Position numbers and translations under genes: made by a program
Assembly: GCA_041749335.1 (NCBI GenBank)
Contig: JBGTBM010000003.1
Location: forward strand, 1-58,767
Direction of reading: 5' to 3'
Length of the DNA stretch: 58,767 nt
DNA from: Patescibacteria group bacterium
GTDB taxonomy: Bacteria; Patescibacteriota; JABMPQ01
In this document: piece by piece, positions 9,940 through 21,274 of the stretch
How the letters are laid out: each line of letters starts with the position of its first letter
How positions within the stretch are numbered: position 1 is the stretch's first letter
Notes under the pieces: model-generated
Database searches by the model: none
The model's input: the letters and a program-made list of their open reading frames with translations, nothing else
Told to the model about the DNA's origin: nothing

Positions 9940-10971
9940 ATGATTGAAGATAAAAATCGTATCATCTCCACCAAACAAAATCCTGAAGATAAAAGTTTTG
10001 ATGTTACTTTGCGTCCCCAAAAAATGGCTGAATTCGTCGGGCAAGATAAGCTCAAAGACAGCTTGCATATTTTTATGGAAGCGGCCAAAAAGCGCAAGGA
10101 ACCGATAGAACACTTATTATTACACGGCCCCGCCGGCATCGGCAAAACCACACTGGCGAATATCATTGCTTCAGAAATGGGCGTTAATATCCGCACCACT
10201 TCCGGACCGGCCCTGGAAAAAGCGGGGGATGTTGCCGCCATTCTTACTAATTTGGTTGATAACGACATCCTTTTTATTGATGAAATTCACCGCATGAATA
10301 AAATCGTAGAAGAAGTGCTTTACCCGGCCATGGAAGACTATGCTTTGGATATTATCATCGGCAAAGGCCCCTCCGCCAAATCGCTGCGCCTTGATCTGCC
10401 TAAATTTACTATTATTGGCGCCACCACCCGCATGGGGCTGCTGTCTTCTCCGCTTAGAGACCGATTTGGTTCATTGCACCGCTTAAATTTTTATAAAGAA
10501 GAAGATATCATTAAAATTTTGCAAAGATCAGCAAATATTCTCGGAGTGAAAATCGACGGACCAGGCGCGGAAGAAATTGCCAAAAGGTCCCGTAAAACTC
10601 CCCGCATCGCTAATCGCTTATTGAAACGAATTAGAGACTATGCTCAAGTCAGAGCGGATGGTATAATTAATAAAGAAATAGCCGTCGCCGGACTTAATAT
10701 GCTTGAAATTGATTCTCTTGGCCTGGACGAAGTTGACCGCCGGATCCTGGAGAATATTATCAAAAATTACGGAGGGGGGCCGGTAGGCATCCAATCACTA
10801 TCCGCATCATCTTCGGAAGAGCCCGATACGATCGAAGAAGTTTATGAACCATTTTTAATGCAAATCGGATTTATCACTCGCACGCCCAAAGGCCGAGTAG
10901 CCACTAAAAATGCTTATCAGCATTTGGGACTTAAATACAATGAAGCTGAAGCCCAAAAAAAATTATTATAA
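9940..10971 (+). CDS. ruvB: Holliday junction branch migration helicase RuvB
   Basis: [12 protein letters not shown], Walker [15 protein letters not shown]; full-length RuvB pattern. Confidence 0.95.
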   Translation: MIEDKNRIISTKQNPEDKSFDVTLRPQKMAEFVGQDKLKDSLHIFMEAAKKRKEPIEHLLLHGPAGIGKTTLANIIASEMGVNIRTTSGPALEKAGDVAAILTNLVDNDILFIDEIHRMNKIVEEVLYPAMEDYALDIIIGKGPSAKSLRLDLPKFTIIGATTRMGLLSSPLRDRFGSLHRLNFYKEEDIIKILQRSANILGVKIDGPGAEEIAKRSRKTPRIANRLLKRIRDYAQVRADGIINKEIAVAGLNMLEIDSLGLDEVDRRILENIIKNYGGGPVGIQSLSASSSEEPDTIEEVYEPFLMQIGFITRTPKGRVATKNAYQHLGLKYNEAEAQKKLL

Positions 10972-10975
10972 TTAA

Positions 10976-11254
10976 ATGAACATATTTTATATTTTAATCG
11001 GCTATTATATAATTTTAGGAATCTTGGCACTATTTAACATATTCGTCATTCTTCATATCGTTAAATATAAATACCTGGGCCCTTATTATAAAATTATTTT
11101 TATCGTTTATTTTATTTTAATGATGGGCATCCTCGGATTTACACATTTATTTATTTTTAAATTTGATTGGAACCAGCAAATTTATCTTCCCTCAATCTCG
11201 GATTTCACCGATGGCTTTGAAGGAAGCATTAATGTTCAATTAAATAATAGATAA
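10976..11254 (+). CDS. small membrane protein, hypothetical
   Basis: 92 aa, two or three hydrophobic helices, tightly packed after ruvB. Confidence 0.5.
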   Translation: MNIFYILIGYYIILGILALFNIFVILHIVKYKYLGPYYKIIFIVYFILMMGILGFTHLFIFKFDWNQQIYLPSISDFTDGFEGSINVQLNNR

Positions 11255-11257
11255 CCT

Positions 11258-11926
11258 ATGGCGCCAGACATTAATTTTCCGGGCAAATTAACGGACGAAC
11301 ATGTTAAGCTCTTGTTAAGAAGACATCCGTTTGTTTTGATCAGGCAAAATTTAATTTATATACTTTATTTCATTGTGCCGCCTATTTTATATTTTTTTGG
11401 AAAAACCTATTTTTCTTTTATTTTAAGTTTTCCAATTTATCCAGTATTTATTTTGCTTATTAGCTTGTATTACTCATTTTTCTTATTTTTTTTACTGGTT
11501 GAGTGGATAGACTATTATTTTGACGCCTGGATCGTAACCGACAGAAGATTAATCGACGTGGAACAGGTCGGATTGTTTAAAAGAACCGTTTCAGAGACCA
11601 GATTAGAAAAAATACAAGACGTAACTTTTGAAGTAAAAGGTATCTTTGGAACAATTTTTCACTATGGTTCAATCAATGTCCAAACGGCCGGAGCCGCCCA
11701 AAATTTTACCCTAAATCAAATTTCCGATCCCGCCGAAATTAAATCAGCGCTGCTTAATCTGTATGAAGAGCGCATTAAAACATCCGGCTTGGAAAATATT
11801 CCCCCAACGGCGCCTCAAGCTCCGGACAAATCAACCCCTACCGATAAATCTACGCCTTTATCCACTCCGCAAGCTCCCAGCGGACGTCCGCAAGGATCAA
11901 ATAATATTATTCAAGACATCAAGTAA
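11258..11926 (+). CDS. membrane protein with bacterial PH (bPH_2/YdbT-like) domain
   Basis: Two TM helices followed by WIVTDRRLIDVEQVGLFKRTVSETRLEKIQDV. Pro/Thr-rich tail. Confidence 0.55.
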   Translation: MAPDINFPGKLTDEHVKLLLRRHPFVLIRQNLIYILYFIVPPILYFFGKTYFSFILSFPIYPVFILLISLYYSFFLFFLLVEWIDYYFDAWIVTDRRLIDVEQVGLFKRTVSETRLEKIQDVTFEVKGIFGTIFHYGSINVQTAGAAQNFTLNQISDPAEIKSALLNLYEERIKTSGLENIPPTAPQAPDKSTPTDKSTPLSTPQAPSGRPQGSNNIIQDIK

Positions 11927-11958
11927 AATCTTATACTAACTAAAATAAACAAACTGCC

Positions 11959-12996
11959 ATGCGGTTAATTGATTTCGATTTTAATTTGCCTCAAAATTTA
12001 ATTGCGCAAAAGCCCGCTACTCCCCGAGATTCGGCGCGATTGATGGCATTAAATAGAAAAACCGGAATAATTGAGCATAAATTATTTTTTCAATTGCCAA
12101 ATTTTTTACAAAAAGGGGATTTGGTAATTTTTAATAACAGCAAAGTTATTCCCGCTCGACTTAGAGGAACAAGGGAAACCGGCGGTAAAATAGAAATCCT
12201 GCTTTTGCGGCAAGAAAATGCCAGCACTTGGGAAGCCCTGCTTAATAAAAAAGTGTTGCCGGAAAAAAAAATATTTTTGGCAAATAATTTCTGGGCCAAA
12301 ATAACCAAGCTTCCAACTGGTAATAAAAAATGGTTGATTAAATTCAATATTGAAGGCGCGCATTTTAAAAAAATGCTTAATAAATACGGCGAGATGCCGC
12401 TGCCGCCATATATTAAAAAATCCGAATATAAGGACAAAGAGGTAAAAAGGCAATATCAAACAATTTATGCCAAACCCACCCAAGACAAATCGGTAGCGGC
12501 TCCAACTGCCGGCTTGCATTTCACCAAGCGCTTGCTCACAAAGCTTAAGAAAAAAGGCATAGAGCTGGAATATATTACCCTGCATGTCGGCTTGGGAACT
12601 TTTATGCCAGTTAGAGCGCAAAACATTAAAGAACATAAAATGCACCCGGAACAAGTTGAAATAAAAAGCCAGGTGCTAAAAAAAATCAGGCAGGCCAAAA
12701 AAGAAGGGAGAAGAATAATCTCCGTCGGCACGACTGCCACTCGGGCGCTTGAATCATTGCCCAAAAATTTTAATGCCAACGAAGATTATCAAAGATGGAT
12801 AAATATTTTTGTATATCCGGGATATAATTTTAAATTTACCAACGGCATGATAACCAATTTTCATCTGCCAAAATCCACTTTGCTTATGATGGTCTCCGCC
12901 TTCGCCGGCTCCAAGATAATAAAAAAAGCATATGCTGAAGCGATAATAAATAAATATAAATTTTATAGCTTTGGCGACGCTATGCTTATCATTTAG
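11959..12996 (+). CDS. queA: S-adenosylmethionine:tRNA ribosyltransferase-isomerase
   Basis: FDFNLPQNLIAQKP...RDSARL, MPLPPYI, GTTATRALES, FYSFGDAMLI. Confidence 0.95.
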   Translation: MRLIDFDFNLPQNLIAQKPATPRDSARLMALNRKTGIIEHKLFFQLPNFLQKGDLVIFNNSKVIPARLRGTRETGGKIEILLLRQENASTWEALLNKKVLPEKKIFLANNFWAKITKLPTGNKKWLIKFNIEGAHFKKMLNKYGEMPLPPYIKKSEYKDKEVKRQYQTIYAKPTQDKSVAAPTAGLHFTKRLLTKLKKKGIELEYITLHVGLGTFMPVRAQNIKEHKMHPEQVEIKSQVLKKIRQAKKEGRRIISVGTTATRALESLPKNFNANEDYQRWINIFVYPGYNFKFTNGMITNFHLPKSTLLMMVSAFAGSKIIKKAYAEAIINKYKFYSFGDAMLII

Positions 12997-13050
12997 TTAA
13001 AATAGTATAAATTGTTAAAAAAAGCAGAAATTTTAATTCGGATTACCCGT

Positions 13051-14355
13051 TTAGTTAGCGGGTTTTTTATTTATCATTTCTTGATTGTTTAAAACTGTCA
13101 TAATAGCCAGCCAAATCCAAAATAAAATGGACAAATCATTTTTAAAATAGGGAACATCAACCAGGCCATATACCAAAATACAAACCATAACAGACAGCAG
13201 AGTAATTTTGTAACTGGTAATTTGTAATTTGTTGCTTTCTTTTTTTATACCCTTAAATCCCTGCCTGATATATTGAAATATTAATAGAAGAATGGCCAAG
13301 AGCCCCAATATTCCGGTTTCCGCCCAAAAATCAAGAAAGATATTGTGCGGATAGAGAGAAATTTCCGTATGCTTAGCCTCTTTATATTGAGCGTAAAGCG
13401 TTTGAAAACCGGAAAGCCCTGCCCCAAAGATCGGATGGTTTTTAATCAATCTCAAGGTGCCCTGCCAAATAGCCAGACGCACATCGCCGGAAACATCTTG
13501 AAAAGCAATAAGCGGAACAACATAATTTCGCGAAGCGGGAATCAACAATACCAATAGCGCGAGAATTAAAGATAAGGCGATTATTTTATAGCGATATTTG
13601 GTAAACATAAGAGTAAAAAATAGCGCCGCTATTGCACCCGCCCACGCCCCTTCCGCTCGAGAAAACAGCAAGGCCGCGCCCATAATTACCATGCCAATAA
13701 TAATTAGCCAATATTTCGCAAGAAACTTTCCGCCTTTGATTTTACTTATCGATATAATCAAAATTCCCGAGAGTAGAGAAAAAATCGGAGCGACGAAAAG
13801 CCCCAAAGCGGCCGGATATTGATATACCGATGTCGCTCTCCGCAGACCTTCGTGGCTATAAGTTACGGGAATTCCCCAACCGGTCAAAAATTGCAAAATC
13901 GCATAAGCGGAAACAGCGCAGGCTGCTATGCCCAAACCAGCCACCACCAGTTTTAATTCATTTTTAGTTTTTATAATATCAATTAAAACAAAGTACAATG
14001 CGATCGGCACAATAAAATACGCCTTCCAAATTCCCAAAGCGGATATTCGTTCCGCAGAAACAAAAATTGAGATAGTAGCTGCAATTAAAAACAATAAAAT
14101 CGGGATTATGAATTTATTGTTTTTTAATCCGCGCAGATAATCAATTAGTTCCCGATTGATTATTTTTTTTATAAACCAAACCAAGGCCAATATAATTATC
14201 AAGGCTTCCACGAAGGTAAAGGGGACTATTCCGATTTTAAAGCGGAGTAAATAACCGGGAAGCATCAAGGGTATTAAAAATAAAGCCCACTTCGGTTTTA
14301 TAATTGAGATAATTAAATAAAGAATCAAGAAAATTGTAATTATGATAATATTCAT
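13051..14355 (-). CDS. O-antigen ligase-like (Wzy_C) polytopic membrane protein
   Basis: 434 aa, more than 10 TM segments, with a central loop (SRAEGAWAG) typical of the O-antigen ligase family. Confidence 0.5.
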   Translation of the reverse strand: MNIIIITIFLILYLIISIIKPKWALFLIPLMLPGYLLRFKIGIVPFTFVEALIIILALVWFIKKIINRELIDYLRGLKNNKFIIPILLFLIAATISIFVSAERISALGIWKAYFIVPIALYFVLIDIIKTKNELKLVVAGLGIAACAVSAYAILQFLTGWGIPVTYSHEGLRRATSVYQYPAALGLFVAPIFSLLSGILIISISKIKGGKFLAKYWLIIIGMVIMGAALLFSRAEGAWAGAIAALFFTLMFTKYRYKIIALSLILALLVLLIPASRNYVVPLIAFQDVSGDVRLAIWQGTLRLIKNHPIFGAGLSGFQTLYAQYKEAKHTEISLYPHNIFLDFWAETGILGLLAILLLIFQYIRQGFKGIKKESNKLQITSYKITLLSVMVCILVYGLVDVPYFKNDLSILFWIWLAIMTVLNNQEMINKKPAN

Positions 14356-14510
14356 TTTATTTTATTATGTTTAATTTAAGTTAAGACCTAAAAATAATAT
14401 TTTAAATCTCTGCTCCTGAAACATCCTAATAAGATGCTATTATCTTGACACCTAAATTATATTTTATTAAATTCAATTAATCAAATCCGCACCTTAATTG
14501 AGGAGGGATA

Positions 14511-14705
14511 ATGCCCAAACAGCTTTTTGCCAAACGCTTTTACCCGATAAAAAGGGTAGCTCAAAACTTAACGCCAGAGCAATGTTTGGCGAATTTCGTA
14601 AATCGTCATCAATTGGATTTAAAAGATGTTACCATTTGCACCTTAGATAACAAGCCTTGTCTTTTTTACTGGTCCGAGAAAGAATTGGAAGAAAAATTAT
14701 TTTAA
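14511..14705 (+). CDS. hypothetical small protein
   Basis: 64 aa. GGAGGG Shine-Dalgarno 4 nt before the ATG. A terminator follows. Confidence 0.5.
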   Translation: MPKQLFAKRFYPIKRVAQNLTPEQCLANFVNRHQLDLKDVTICTLDNKPCLFYWSEKELEEKLF

Positions 14706-14723
14706 TTTGATCAAACAATAAAA

Positions 14724-14749
14724 AAACCGCCATGAAATTTAAGCGGTTT
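14724..14749. terminator. bidirectional terminator between convergent genes
   Basis: AAACCGC / GCGGTTT stem with an A-run before and a T-run after. Confidence 0.65.
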
Positions 14750-14770
14750 TATTTTTTTAAATATTAACTA

Positions 14771-16609
14771 CTATTTTAATTCAGCCGGAATGTTATAAAC
14801 CAAAATTGAACCGCCAATAATCTCAACCGGCTCATATTTTTCCAGCCAACGATAATCTTTTTCGCCGAAATTATCGGCATAATACTTGCTGTTTTGATAA
14901 TAGGTCGCCGAAACAGCCAGCCAGCCGGTAGTCTCGCCGTCATTAGATCGCCATTGCTGAAATCTATCGCCCAAATAATAAGCGGGAACCGATCCACCGA
15001 AATAATCAACTTTTATTTTTTTAATATCATTGTCTTTAACATATTTTACCAATCTTTTTAAATCCTGACCCCAATCTAAATTAGAATCCACCGTATATTT
15101 ATAGCCGTTATTGCGGCCGATCACTTCATTAAAATAAGCTAGATAATAGGGATAATTAAAGAGATTGGTAATCAGCAAATAGCCGGCCACGGCCGCAAAA
15201 AGAGCTTTGCGCATTAACGCCAGTCCTTGTGAGTCATATTGATGGCGGCGCACAAAACCGATAAAATACTTTGCGATTAGCATAAACATAAATGGATACA
15301 TCGGCAAAACGTGCCGCAGACCGATATTAAGATTGCTGGTAATTCCGGCAGCCATAAAAGTTATCATCACTGTCACAATAATTATTTCGGGAAGAAATTT
15401 CTCGGCCGTACCGGTTAGTTTGCCATAAAAAATTGCCCATTTCTTATTGGTAAATTTGATTTTCTCCCTTCTGAAGTTTCGATAAAAATCATAAACCAGA
15501 TACAGCAATGAAAAAAATAGTAGACCTAGCGTAGCCAACGGTGTTTTTATCAGAAAAGAAAGAGGATAATAATACCACCAAGACTGATTAGTGGTTTCGC
15601 CAAAGAAATAGGTAGTGTTCCCTCCCGCCACTCGCTGAAATACCATCTTGAGACCTAGGCCGTATTGAGCATAAGCCTTGCCCACCCAATTGCCACGTAT
15701 AGAATTTAACACGCTTCTTAAACCTTCATTGTCCGGCGAAGATAATATTTCATTAATCATTTTGCCCTGCACCTCGTCTGGCATTTTATAAACAAAAATC
15801 ATATATACCGCCCCCACCAAAATAAATCCAATTAACCAAATAACAAGTAGTGAAGCCGAAAGCGTCAAAGTCCGCTGCCAAAAATTGCTTTTTATTTTCT
15901 TAAGCCAGGGAAGCTTAAATTCAAACCGGCGGCGGCAAGCCAAAATTACCACGATTGTCAGCAAAATCAGATATATCACTAAAATAATATTAGAGAACTT
16001 GACCAGTTGCGCTATTCCGAACATCACCCCGGACCAGACCAAATATTTCCAGGAAGGCTGCTTGATAAATTTGTAAAAGAAATAAATCATGATAAAAAAA
16101 GATGCGGTTACTCCCAGATCCGTCGTAACATAGCGGGAGTGCGCCAAAATGTTAGGAGAAAAACAAAACAGAAAGAGGGCGAAAAGCCCGGCGCCTTTGC
16201 CAAAAAGTTCTCTTGTCCATAAATAAAGTGCGATGCCCAAAAGCAGAGCGTATAGCAAAATCGGCAACCGCGCCCAAAAAAACATCGCGTCAGGATTATT
16301 GCCATATTCATAAATAAATTTCCAGCCGGATTCCCATTGTCCGTTGACATCAGTCGTCCAAGCCGGCCGGTCATCGGGAAAATTCAAATTCATAAATAAC
16401 AGCGGGATGCCGGACAGCGCTTTCTGTAAGGGAGGATGCTCGGGATTTAAACGATAATCAAAATATTTCACGTAAGAATATCCCGCCGGAATATGAGCGA
16501 TTTCATCGGTAGTGCCGGAATCACCATCCAGACTGAAAAGTCCCAGCAAAAACATGCACAGGAGTATAAAGGCAGCTACCATGCCGGCGTTTTTCTTTAA
16601 AAATTGCAT
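14771..16609 (-). CDS. GT39/ArnT-like phospholipid-carrier-dependent glycosyltransferase
   Basis: 612 aa polytopic membrane protein. N-terminal DE..H.P loop motif (TTDEIAHIPAG) and a large C-terminal soluble domain. Confidence 0.55.
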   Translation of the reverse strand: MQFLKKNAGMVAAFILLCMFLLGLFSLDGDSGTTDEIAHIPAGYSYVKYFDYRLNPEHPPLQKALSGIPLLFMNLNFPDDRPAWTTDVNGQWESGWKFIYEYGNNPDAMFFWARLPILLYALLLGIALYLWTRELFGKGAGLFALFLFCFSPNILAHSRYVTTDLGVTASFFIMIYFFYKFIKQPSWKYLVWSGVMFGIAQLVKFSNIILVIYLILLTIVVILACRRRFEFKLPWLKKIKSNFWQRTLTLSASLLVIWLIGFILVGAVYMIFVYKMPDEVQGKMINEILSSPDNEGLRSVLNSIRGNWVGKAYAQYGLGLKMVFQRVAGGNTTYFFGETTNQSWWYYYPLSFLIKTPLATLGLLFFSLLYLVYDFYRNFRREKIKFTNKKWAIFYGKLTGTAEKFLPEIIIVTVMITFMAAGITSNLNIGLRHVLPMYPFMFMLIAKYFIGFVRRHQYDSQGLALMRKALFAAVAGYLLITNLFNYPYYLAYFNEVIGRNNGYKYTVDSNLDWGQDLKRLVKYVKDNDIKKIKVDYFGGSVPAYYLGDRFQQWRSNDGETTGWLAVSATYYQNSKYYADNFGEKDYRWLEKYEPVEIIGGSILVYNIPAELK

Positions 16610-16754
16610 ATTGGTTTTTTAATTTTATAAATGACTTTATTTCTTTAATTATACCATATTTTACTTAGACATTGGAAAAAATTTGAATAAAATATTATAG
16701 GTAAGAATCAATAAAGATGCCTAAATAAAAAAAGCTCGCTTTATGCGCGCTTTT

Positions 16755-17084
16755 TTAGTCCCGTGCATTTACTAAAAATCTGCATTGCCTTTTTTCGGCT
16801 TTCAAAACTATTAATTTTACTCCCAGCAAGGCGCTTATCAGCTTTACGATTCCGACCATTTGAGTATCTAAACGGCAACCCATGTAATAAAATTCTCTCT
16901 CGGTTTCTTTCTCGATATTTAGGTCAAAGCACAAAGCTTGATCATCGCGCTTTACCATAATATGGCCATCACAATCAATTTCCAAGATATCCCCGGGTTT
17001 TAATCTGGTAATATTTTTATCCGGGCATAATAGATTTAAAGTTATTGCCTGGCAAAGAGCTGGCTGTTGATGCGCTAACATCAT
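16755..17084 (-). CDS. hypothetical protein
   Basis: 109-aa ORF with GGAGGG upstream. No family recognised. Confidence 0.4.
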   Translation of the reverse strand: MMLAHQQPALCQAITLNLLCPDKNITRLKPGDILEIDCDGHIMVKRDDQALCFDLNIEKETEREFYYMGCRLDTQMVGIVKLISALLGVKLIVLKAEKRQCRFLVNARD

Positions 17085-17159
17085 TCCCTCCTGTAAATGT
17101 AGCTTTATAAATATAAAATTTAATAAAAAACGGTTAATTTTACAATACCTAATTTTTGC

Positions 17160-18284
17160 TTAATTCCACGCTTGTTTTATTTCACAAAATCTTTCAATCA
17201 GCTGTTTTTGAATTTTAGGATCTAATTCAATAAGCTTTTTTGAAGGATATTCTCTTTCCATCGCCAAACACATCGCTGAAAACATTAACGCGCGGGTAAG
17301 TTGAATTTTTGGGGGTGAAACGATATTTTTCTTTCCATCAAAATCCACGGGAAATCCACAATTTAGCAGCCATACATTGTTTACAAAAACATCTTCATGG
17401 CAATTTTCAATTTTAGGCACCTGTTTTCTCAAATTTACCGCAGAAAATTCTCGATCCGATAAAGAAGCACTGGCTAAAATCGTGTATTTTTTAAGTTTCT
17501 TACAAATTCTATCATTAAGGATTTCACTTCCTGAAGCGCCAATAATTAAATCAAAGTCGCAAATAATATTGTCCAATTCGGCCTGCCCAAATTCAGACAA
17601 GAGCCGGCGAACATCGTAAATATGTGTTTCAATCTTATTTTTCAATGAATTATGAATGGCTCTCCCAATTGATCCCGCCCCCACCACCAAAGCTCTTTGT
17701 GGTTTTAATTTAAGTTTTTCTACTGCAATATAAATATTTTCAATAACTTTTTCCGCGATAAAAGGAGATTCATGAACTAATTTTGCATCGGAGCGGGCGA
17801 CATTTATCACGGGAAATTTCAGCTTAATTTTTTTTATTTTGTTATATCCGGATGAAGTTTGTTCAATGCCGATAAAATTGGAAAAACTCTCAATTAAAGG
17901 ATTTTCACTATATAACAACATCGCGCCATCATCAACAATTAAAACCTTTTCATAATCTGCAAAATTCACCTTTTTTACAATAGTTTTGTAAAAGTCTTTA
18001 ATTTCTGATTCAAACTGGGAATCAAAAGATAAATGGCTGTTGAACTTTAGGCTGCCGTCGTGGACGTAAACGCCTTTTTTTTGAAATTTCTCCAAGATCT
18101 CTTTGTTGGTTGAATAACACTTGCCAAGTAAAAAAACGTTTTGCGGTTTAAGCCCCTTGGCAAACAAATATTCAAACATCACCAAATTCGTTTCTAAAAT
18201 ATGTTGGATGGCTATCAGCAACACATTATCAAAATTCGTTTTTTTGAAAAGCTCGGAAGTATAATCAAGCAGGGGGAGTTTCAT
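17160..18284 (-). CDS. S-adenosylhomocysteine-hydrolase-like NAD-binding protein, paralog A
   Basis: Start set at MKLPLLDY by comparison with paralog B. IEQTSSGY, PVINVARSDAKL and VVGAGSIGRAI resemble the SAHH motifs EETTTGV, INVNDSVTK and GYGDVGKG. Confidence 0.5.
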   Translation of the reverse strand: MKLPLLDYTSELFKKTNFDNVLLIAIQHILETNLVMFEYLFAKGLKPQNVFLLGKCYSTNKEILEKFQKKGVYVHDGSLKFNSHLSFDSQFESEIKDFYKTIVKKVNFADYEKVLIVDDGAMLLYSENPLIESFSNFIGIEQTSSGYNKIKKIKLKFPVINVARSDAKLVHESPFIAEKVIENIYIAVEKLKLKPQRALVVGAGSIGRAIHNSLKNKIETHIYDVRRLLSEFGQAELDNIICDFDLIIGASGSEILNDRICKKLKKYTILASASLSDREFSAVNLRKQVPKIENCHEDVFVNNVWLLNCGFPVDFDGKKNIVSPPKIQLTRALMFSAMCLAMEREYPSKKLIELDPKIQKQLIERFCEIKQAWN

Positions 18285-18622
18285 AAAAAAAATTTTATCG
18301 AGGCTAATAAAGTTTTTTAAAAGCGCCCGACCTAGAGCCGGGAACAATAAATTTCCATTAATTGCCGATTTTATTTCGATACTAATGAAGTTTTTATCTA
18401 GTTATAATTATACCATAAATGTAAAAAGCAGACAACAGAATGAGCAAGCTGAAAATTTTAATCAAAAACGTTTTTTGAATATAATTTCAAATATCCGGCT
18501 AAAAATATTTTTACCTTAAAGCAATAGTTAATTCCGAACCGATTTGCCCGGTCGCGCGGGTTACAATAATTTTTGCTATAAAGTTGATTTATTTTTTATG
18601 ATTTATAAAAAGCCAAGGCTAT

Positions 18623-21274
18623 TTAGCCTTCAATTGTTTTTATTTCTTTTTCTGTCAATCCATAGAGTTTGTAGATCGCTTCGTCAATATCTCGATCAAG
18701 TTTTTCTATTTCAAGCTTTAGCGAATTATGTTTGTCTGTGTTTTCGGAAGTTGCTTGCAGTTCTTTGTGAAGTTCGAGCAATTTTTGCACTTTTTTAGCA
18801 ATATTTTCTTGTTCTTCTTGTCTAGCGTTCGGTATTGGAATATTTTTCAAAAAATTTATTGGATATTTTAGTGAACCTTGGGGAATTCTAATAGAATAAA
18901 AAGTTTTCAAATGAAACCAATTTAATAAAGTTGAATTTATCAAGCCACATAAAAAATAAATGTTTAATTCTTTATTTGGAATTATCCCATGAACAGCAAC
19001 TAAAAGACCTGCACCCTTTTTGTCTACAATTACTGATAATCTCTTTGCAACACCCCTAATAATTAGTTTGGGTTTCTTTAAAAAGAAATCGATTGTATTT
19101 TTATTTAAATAATCTCCATCTTTTTTAATATAAGGTTTTAAATATTTTTTCTTGTACAAATTAATTTCTTCAATACCCCAAACATCTAAATAACGTCTTA
19201 TATTTCCATTAGTATAAATTCTTATGCTGTTCTTGACTTCTCCATCTGTAATTATCTTATTCATTTTCCAATACTCAAATCCCATTATTCCCGTTCTAAC
19301 ATTCGCTAACTGATAAAGTTTCCTATTTTTATTTATTTTGTCCAAAATTTCTTTTGCCTCTATGTCTTGATCGGTCTGTATTCTGCCCATTTCATCATAT
19401 AAGGATTCAAGTTGAAAAGATTTTTTATTTTTAATTATTTCAGTTTTTATTTTTTTGTCACCTTTTTTAATTTTTCTTATTATGATTACTACGGTTGAAA
19501 TGGCAGCATCAGCAAATACTTTTTCATCTTTTAAGTCCCATATTTTTAAAATCTCAATATTGCTATTCTGTAAATAATTTCTGATTTTCTTGCCATAATC
19601 CGCACCAAAAAATTTATTTGGGCAAATAAAACCTAAATAACCACCATCTTTAAGCAGTTTTAATGATTTTTCTATAAAAACAACATATAGATCTGCGCCT
19701 TGAGAAAATTTATATTCTCTTGAAACATAATCCCTAAATTTTATATCTTGTTTTTTTACTCCCACATACGGCGGATTCCCGATAATCACGTCAAAGCCGC
19801 CCTGTTCAAAAACTTTTTTATATTCTTCGGCAAAATTAAATGGCTTTTGTTCCCGCAACTTTTTACCAAAATACTTTTCTAACTCTTCGTTATTTCCCGA
19901 TACCAACGAATTTCCGACTCTAATATTATGTTGAAGTGTCGGTAATGGAGTTCGCTGAGTTAAAACTTTAAGCAATAAATTAAGCTGAGCGATTTCCACC
20001 GCTTGCGCATCAAGGTCAACGCCGAAAATATTTTCTTTTAAGATATTAAATTTGGTAAATAGAGAAGTTTGTGGATTTTGTTTTGTCAAAGTTTTTAAAA
20101 TTTTATCATAAGCGGCAATCAGGAAAGAGCCGGAACCACACGCCGGATCAAGCACCTTGATGTCTTTTATTTTTTTGGGCTTGGTCTTTTTCAAAACTTC
20201 GCCCAAAGTTTCTTTTACGATAAATTCAACAATATATTTAGGCGTATAATAAATTCCTTGCGACTTACGTTTGGATTTTTTTGCTTCTTCTTGTTTTCTG
20301 CCTTGCACAAAACTTAAATATTGCTCATAAATTCCGCCCAATACATCCGCGGAAATGACAGAAAAGTCATAGCGATAGCCGTCTGTGGTTTCGTATAAAC
20401 CTTTTAAAACCGCTTCTACGGTCATATCGTCCAATTTCCACTCTTCTGAGTAGTGGGGAGTAAATAATTTTGAATCAAATTCAATATCAAAATTACGGAA
20501 TATTTTCACAAGTTGTTTATAATAGCCATTTTTACCACCACGAGTAATACTTTCCAACACCCTATTTACAATATCTCGATCTTCAGCCGTACGGATAAAA
20601 ATAAGACGATCAAGAATTCTTTGTACTCCTTCGTCTAATTCTTCATCGGTTAAATCGTTTTGTTTTTTGAAATCTTTCGTTAGTAAATCACGCCAATCCT
20701 TAAAATCTTCAAAAAGTTTTTCACCGACTTGCTTTCTTTTGGTAAGCTTGCCCCACTTTTGCGCTTCTTTTTCTAAAAGCTTCTGTTCAAAGCCTTCTTT
20801 TGATAAAAGCCAGAGCTGATCAAAACGATCATTATATTCTTGGCACTTTAAATCAATAAATAGATTTTGCGATATGTTTTTGGGCGGCATTTCAGAATTT
20901 AATATTTTGATTCCTTCAAAATCTGTTAGCACCGCCCACGAAACGCCCTTATTCCAACTATAACTTATTGCCTGCTCGGCCCATTGCCATTTATCCAAAT
21001 CAACTTTCATCGCCTTTGCTTCTAAAAAGAAAACATAGATATTGCCAAGCTTGAAAGCTAAATCAACCCTTCCGCCGGTAACTCTTTCTTCTGTGGTTAC
21101 TTCATCTAAATTTTCAATATTTCTCATATCCCAGCCCAGATATTCAAATAGCGGATCAATAAAATCTTTTCTGGTTTGAGCTTCGTTATAAGATCTTATT
21201 TTTCCCTCATCTGCTATCTTTTGATATTTGTAAACCAGCTTTTGAATATTTTTTTTGGCTTCTTTTTTTGTCAT
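18623..21274 (-). CDS. type IIG restriction-modification enzyme (N-terminal PD-(D/E)XK nuclease + gamma-class N6-adenine methyltransferase + specificity region)
   Basis: Nuclease-like GGRVDLAF...FLEAKA. SAM-binding motif VLDPACGSGSFL. Catalytic motif IIGNPPY. Confidence 0.8.
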   Translation of the reverse strand: MTKKEAKKNIQKLVYKYQKIADEGKIRSYNEAQTRKDFIDPLFEYLGWDMRNIENLDEVTTEERVTGGRVDLAFKLGNIYVFFLEAKAMKVDLDKWQWAEQAISYSWNKGVSWAVLTDFEGIKILNSEMPPKNISQNLFIDLKCQEYNDRFDQLWLLSKEGFEQKLLEKEAQKWGKLTKRKQVGEKLFEDFKDWRDLLTKDFKKQNDLTDEELDEGVQRILDRLIFIRTAEDRDIVNRVLESITRGGKNGYYKQLVKIFRNFDIEFDSKLFTPHYSEEWKLDDMTVEAVLKGLYETTDGYRYDFSVISADVLGGIYEQYLSFVQGRKQEEAKKSKRKSQGIYYTPKYIVEFIVKETLGEVLKKTKPKKIKDIKVLDPACGSGSFLIAAYDKILKTLTKQNPQTSLFTKFNILKENIFGVDLDAQAVEIAQLNLLLKVLTQRTPLPTLQHNIRVGNSLVSGNNEELEKYFGKKLREQKPFNFAEEYKKVFEQGGFDVIIGNPPYVGVKKQDIKFRDYVSREYKFSQGADLYVVFIEKSLKLLKDGGYLGFICPNKFFGADYGKKIRNYLQNSNIEILKIWDLKDEKVFADAAISTVVIIIRKIKKGDKKIKTEIIKNKKSFQLESLYDEMGRIQTDQDIEAKEILDKINKNRKLYQLANVRTGIMGFEYWKMNKIITDGEVKNSIRIYTNGNIRRYLDVWGIEEINLYKKKYLKPYIKKDGDYLNKNTIDFFLKKPKLIIRGVAKRLSVIVDKKGAGLLVAVHGIIPNKELNIYFLCGLINSTLLNWFHLKTFYSIRIPQGSLKYPINFLKNIPIPNARQEEQENIAKKVQKLLELHKELQATSENTDKHNSLKLEIEKLDRDIDEAIYKLYGLTEKEIKTIEG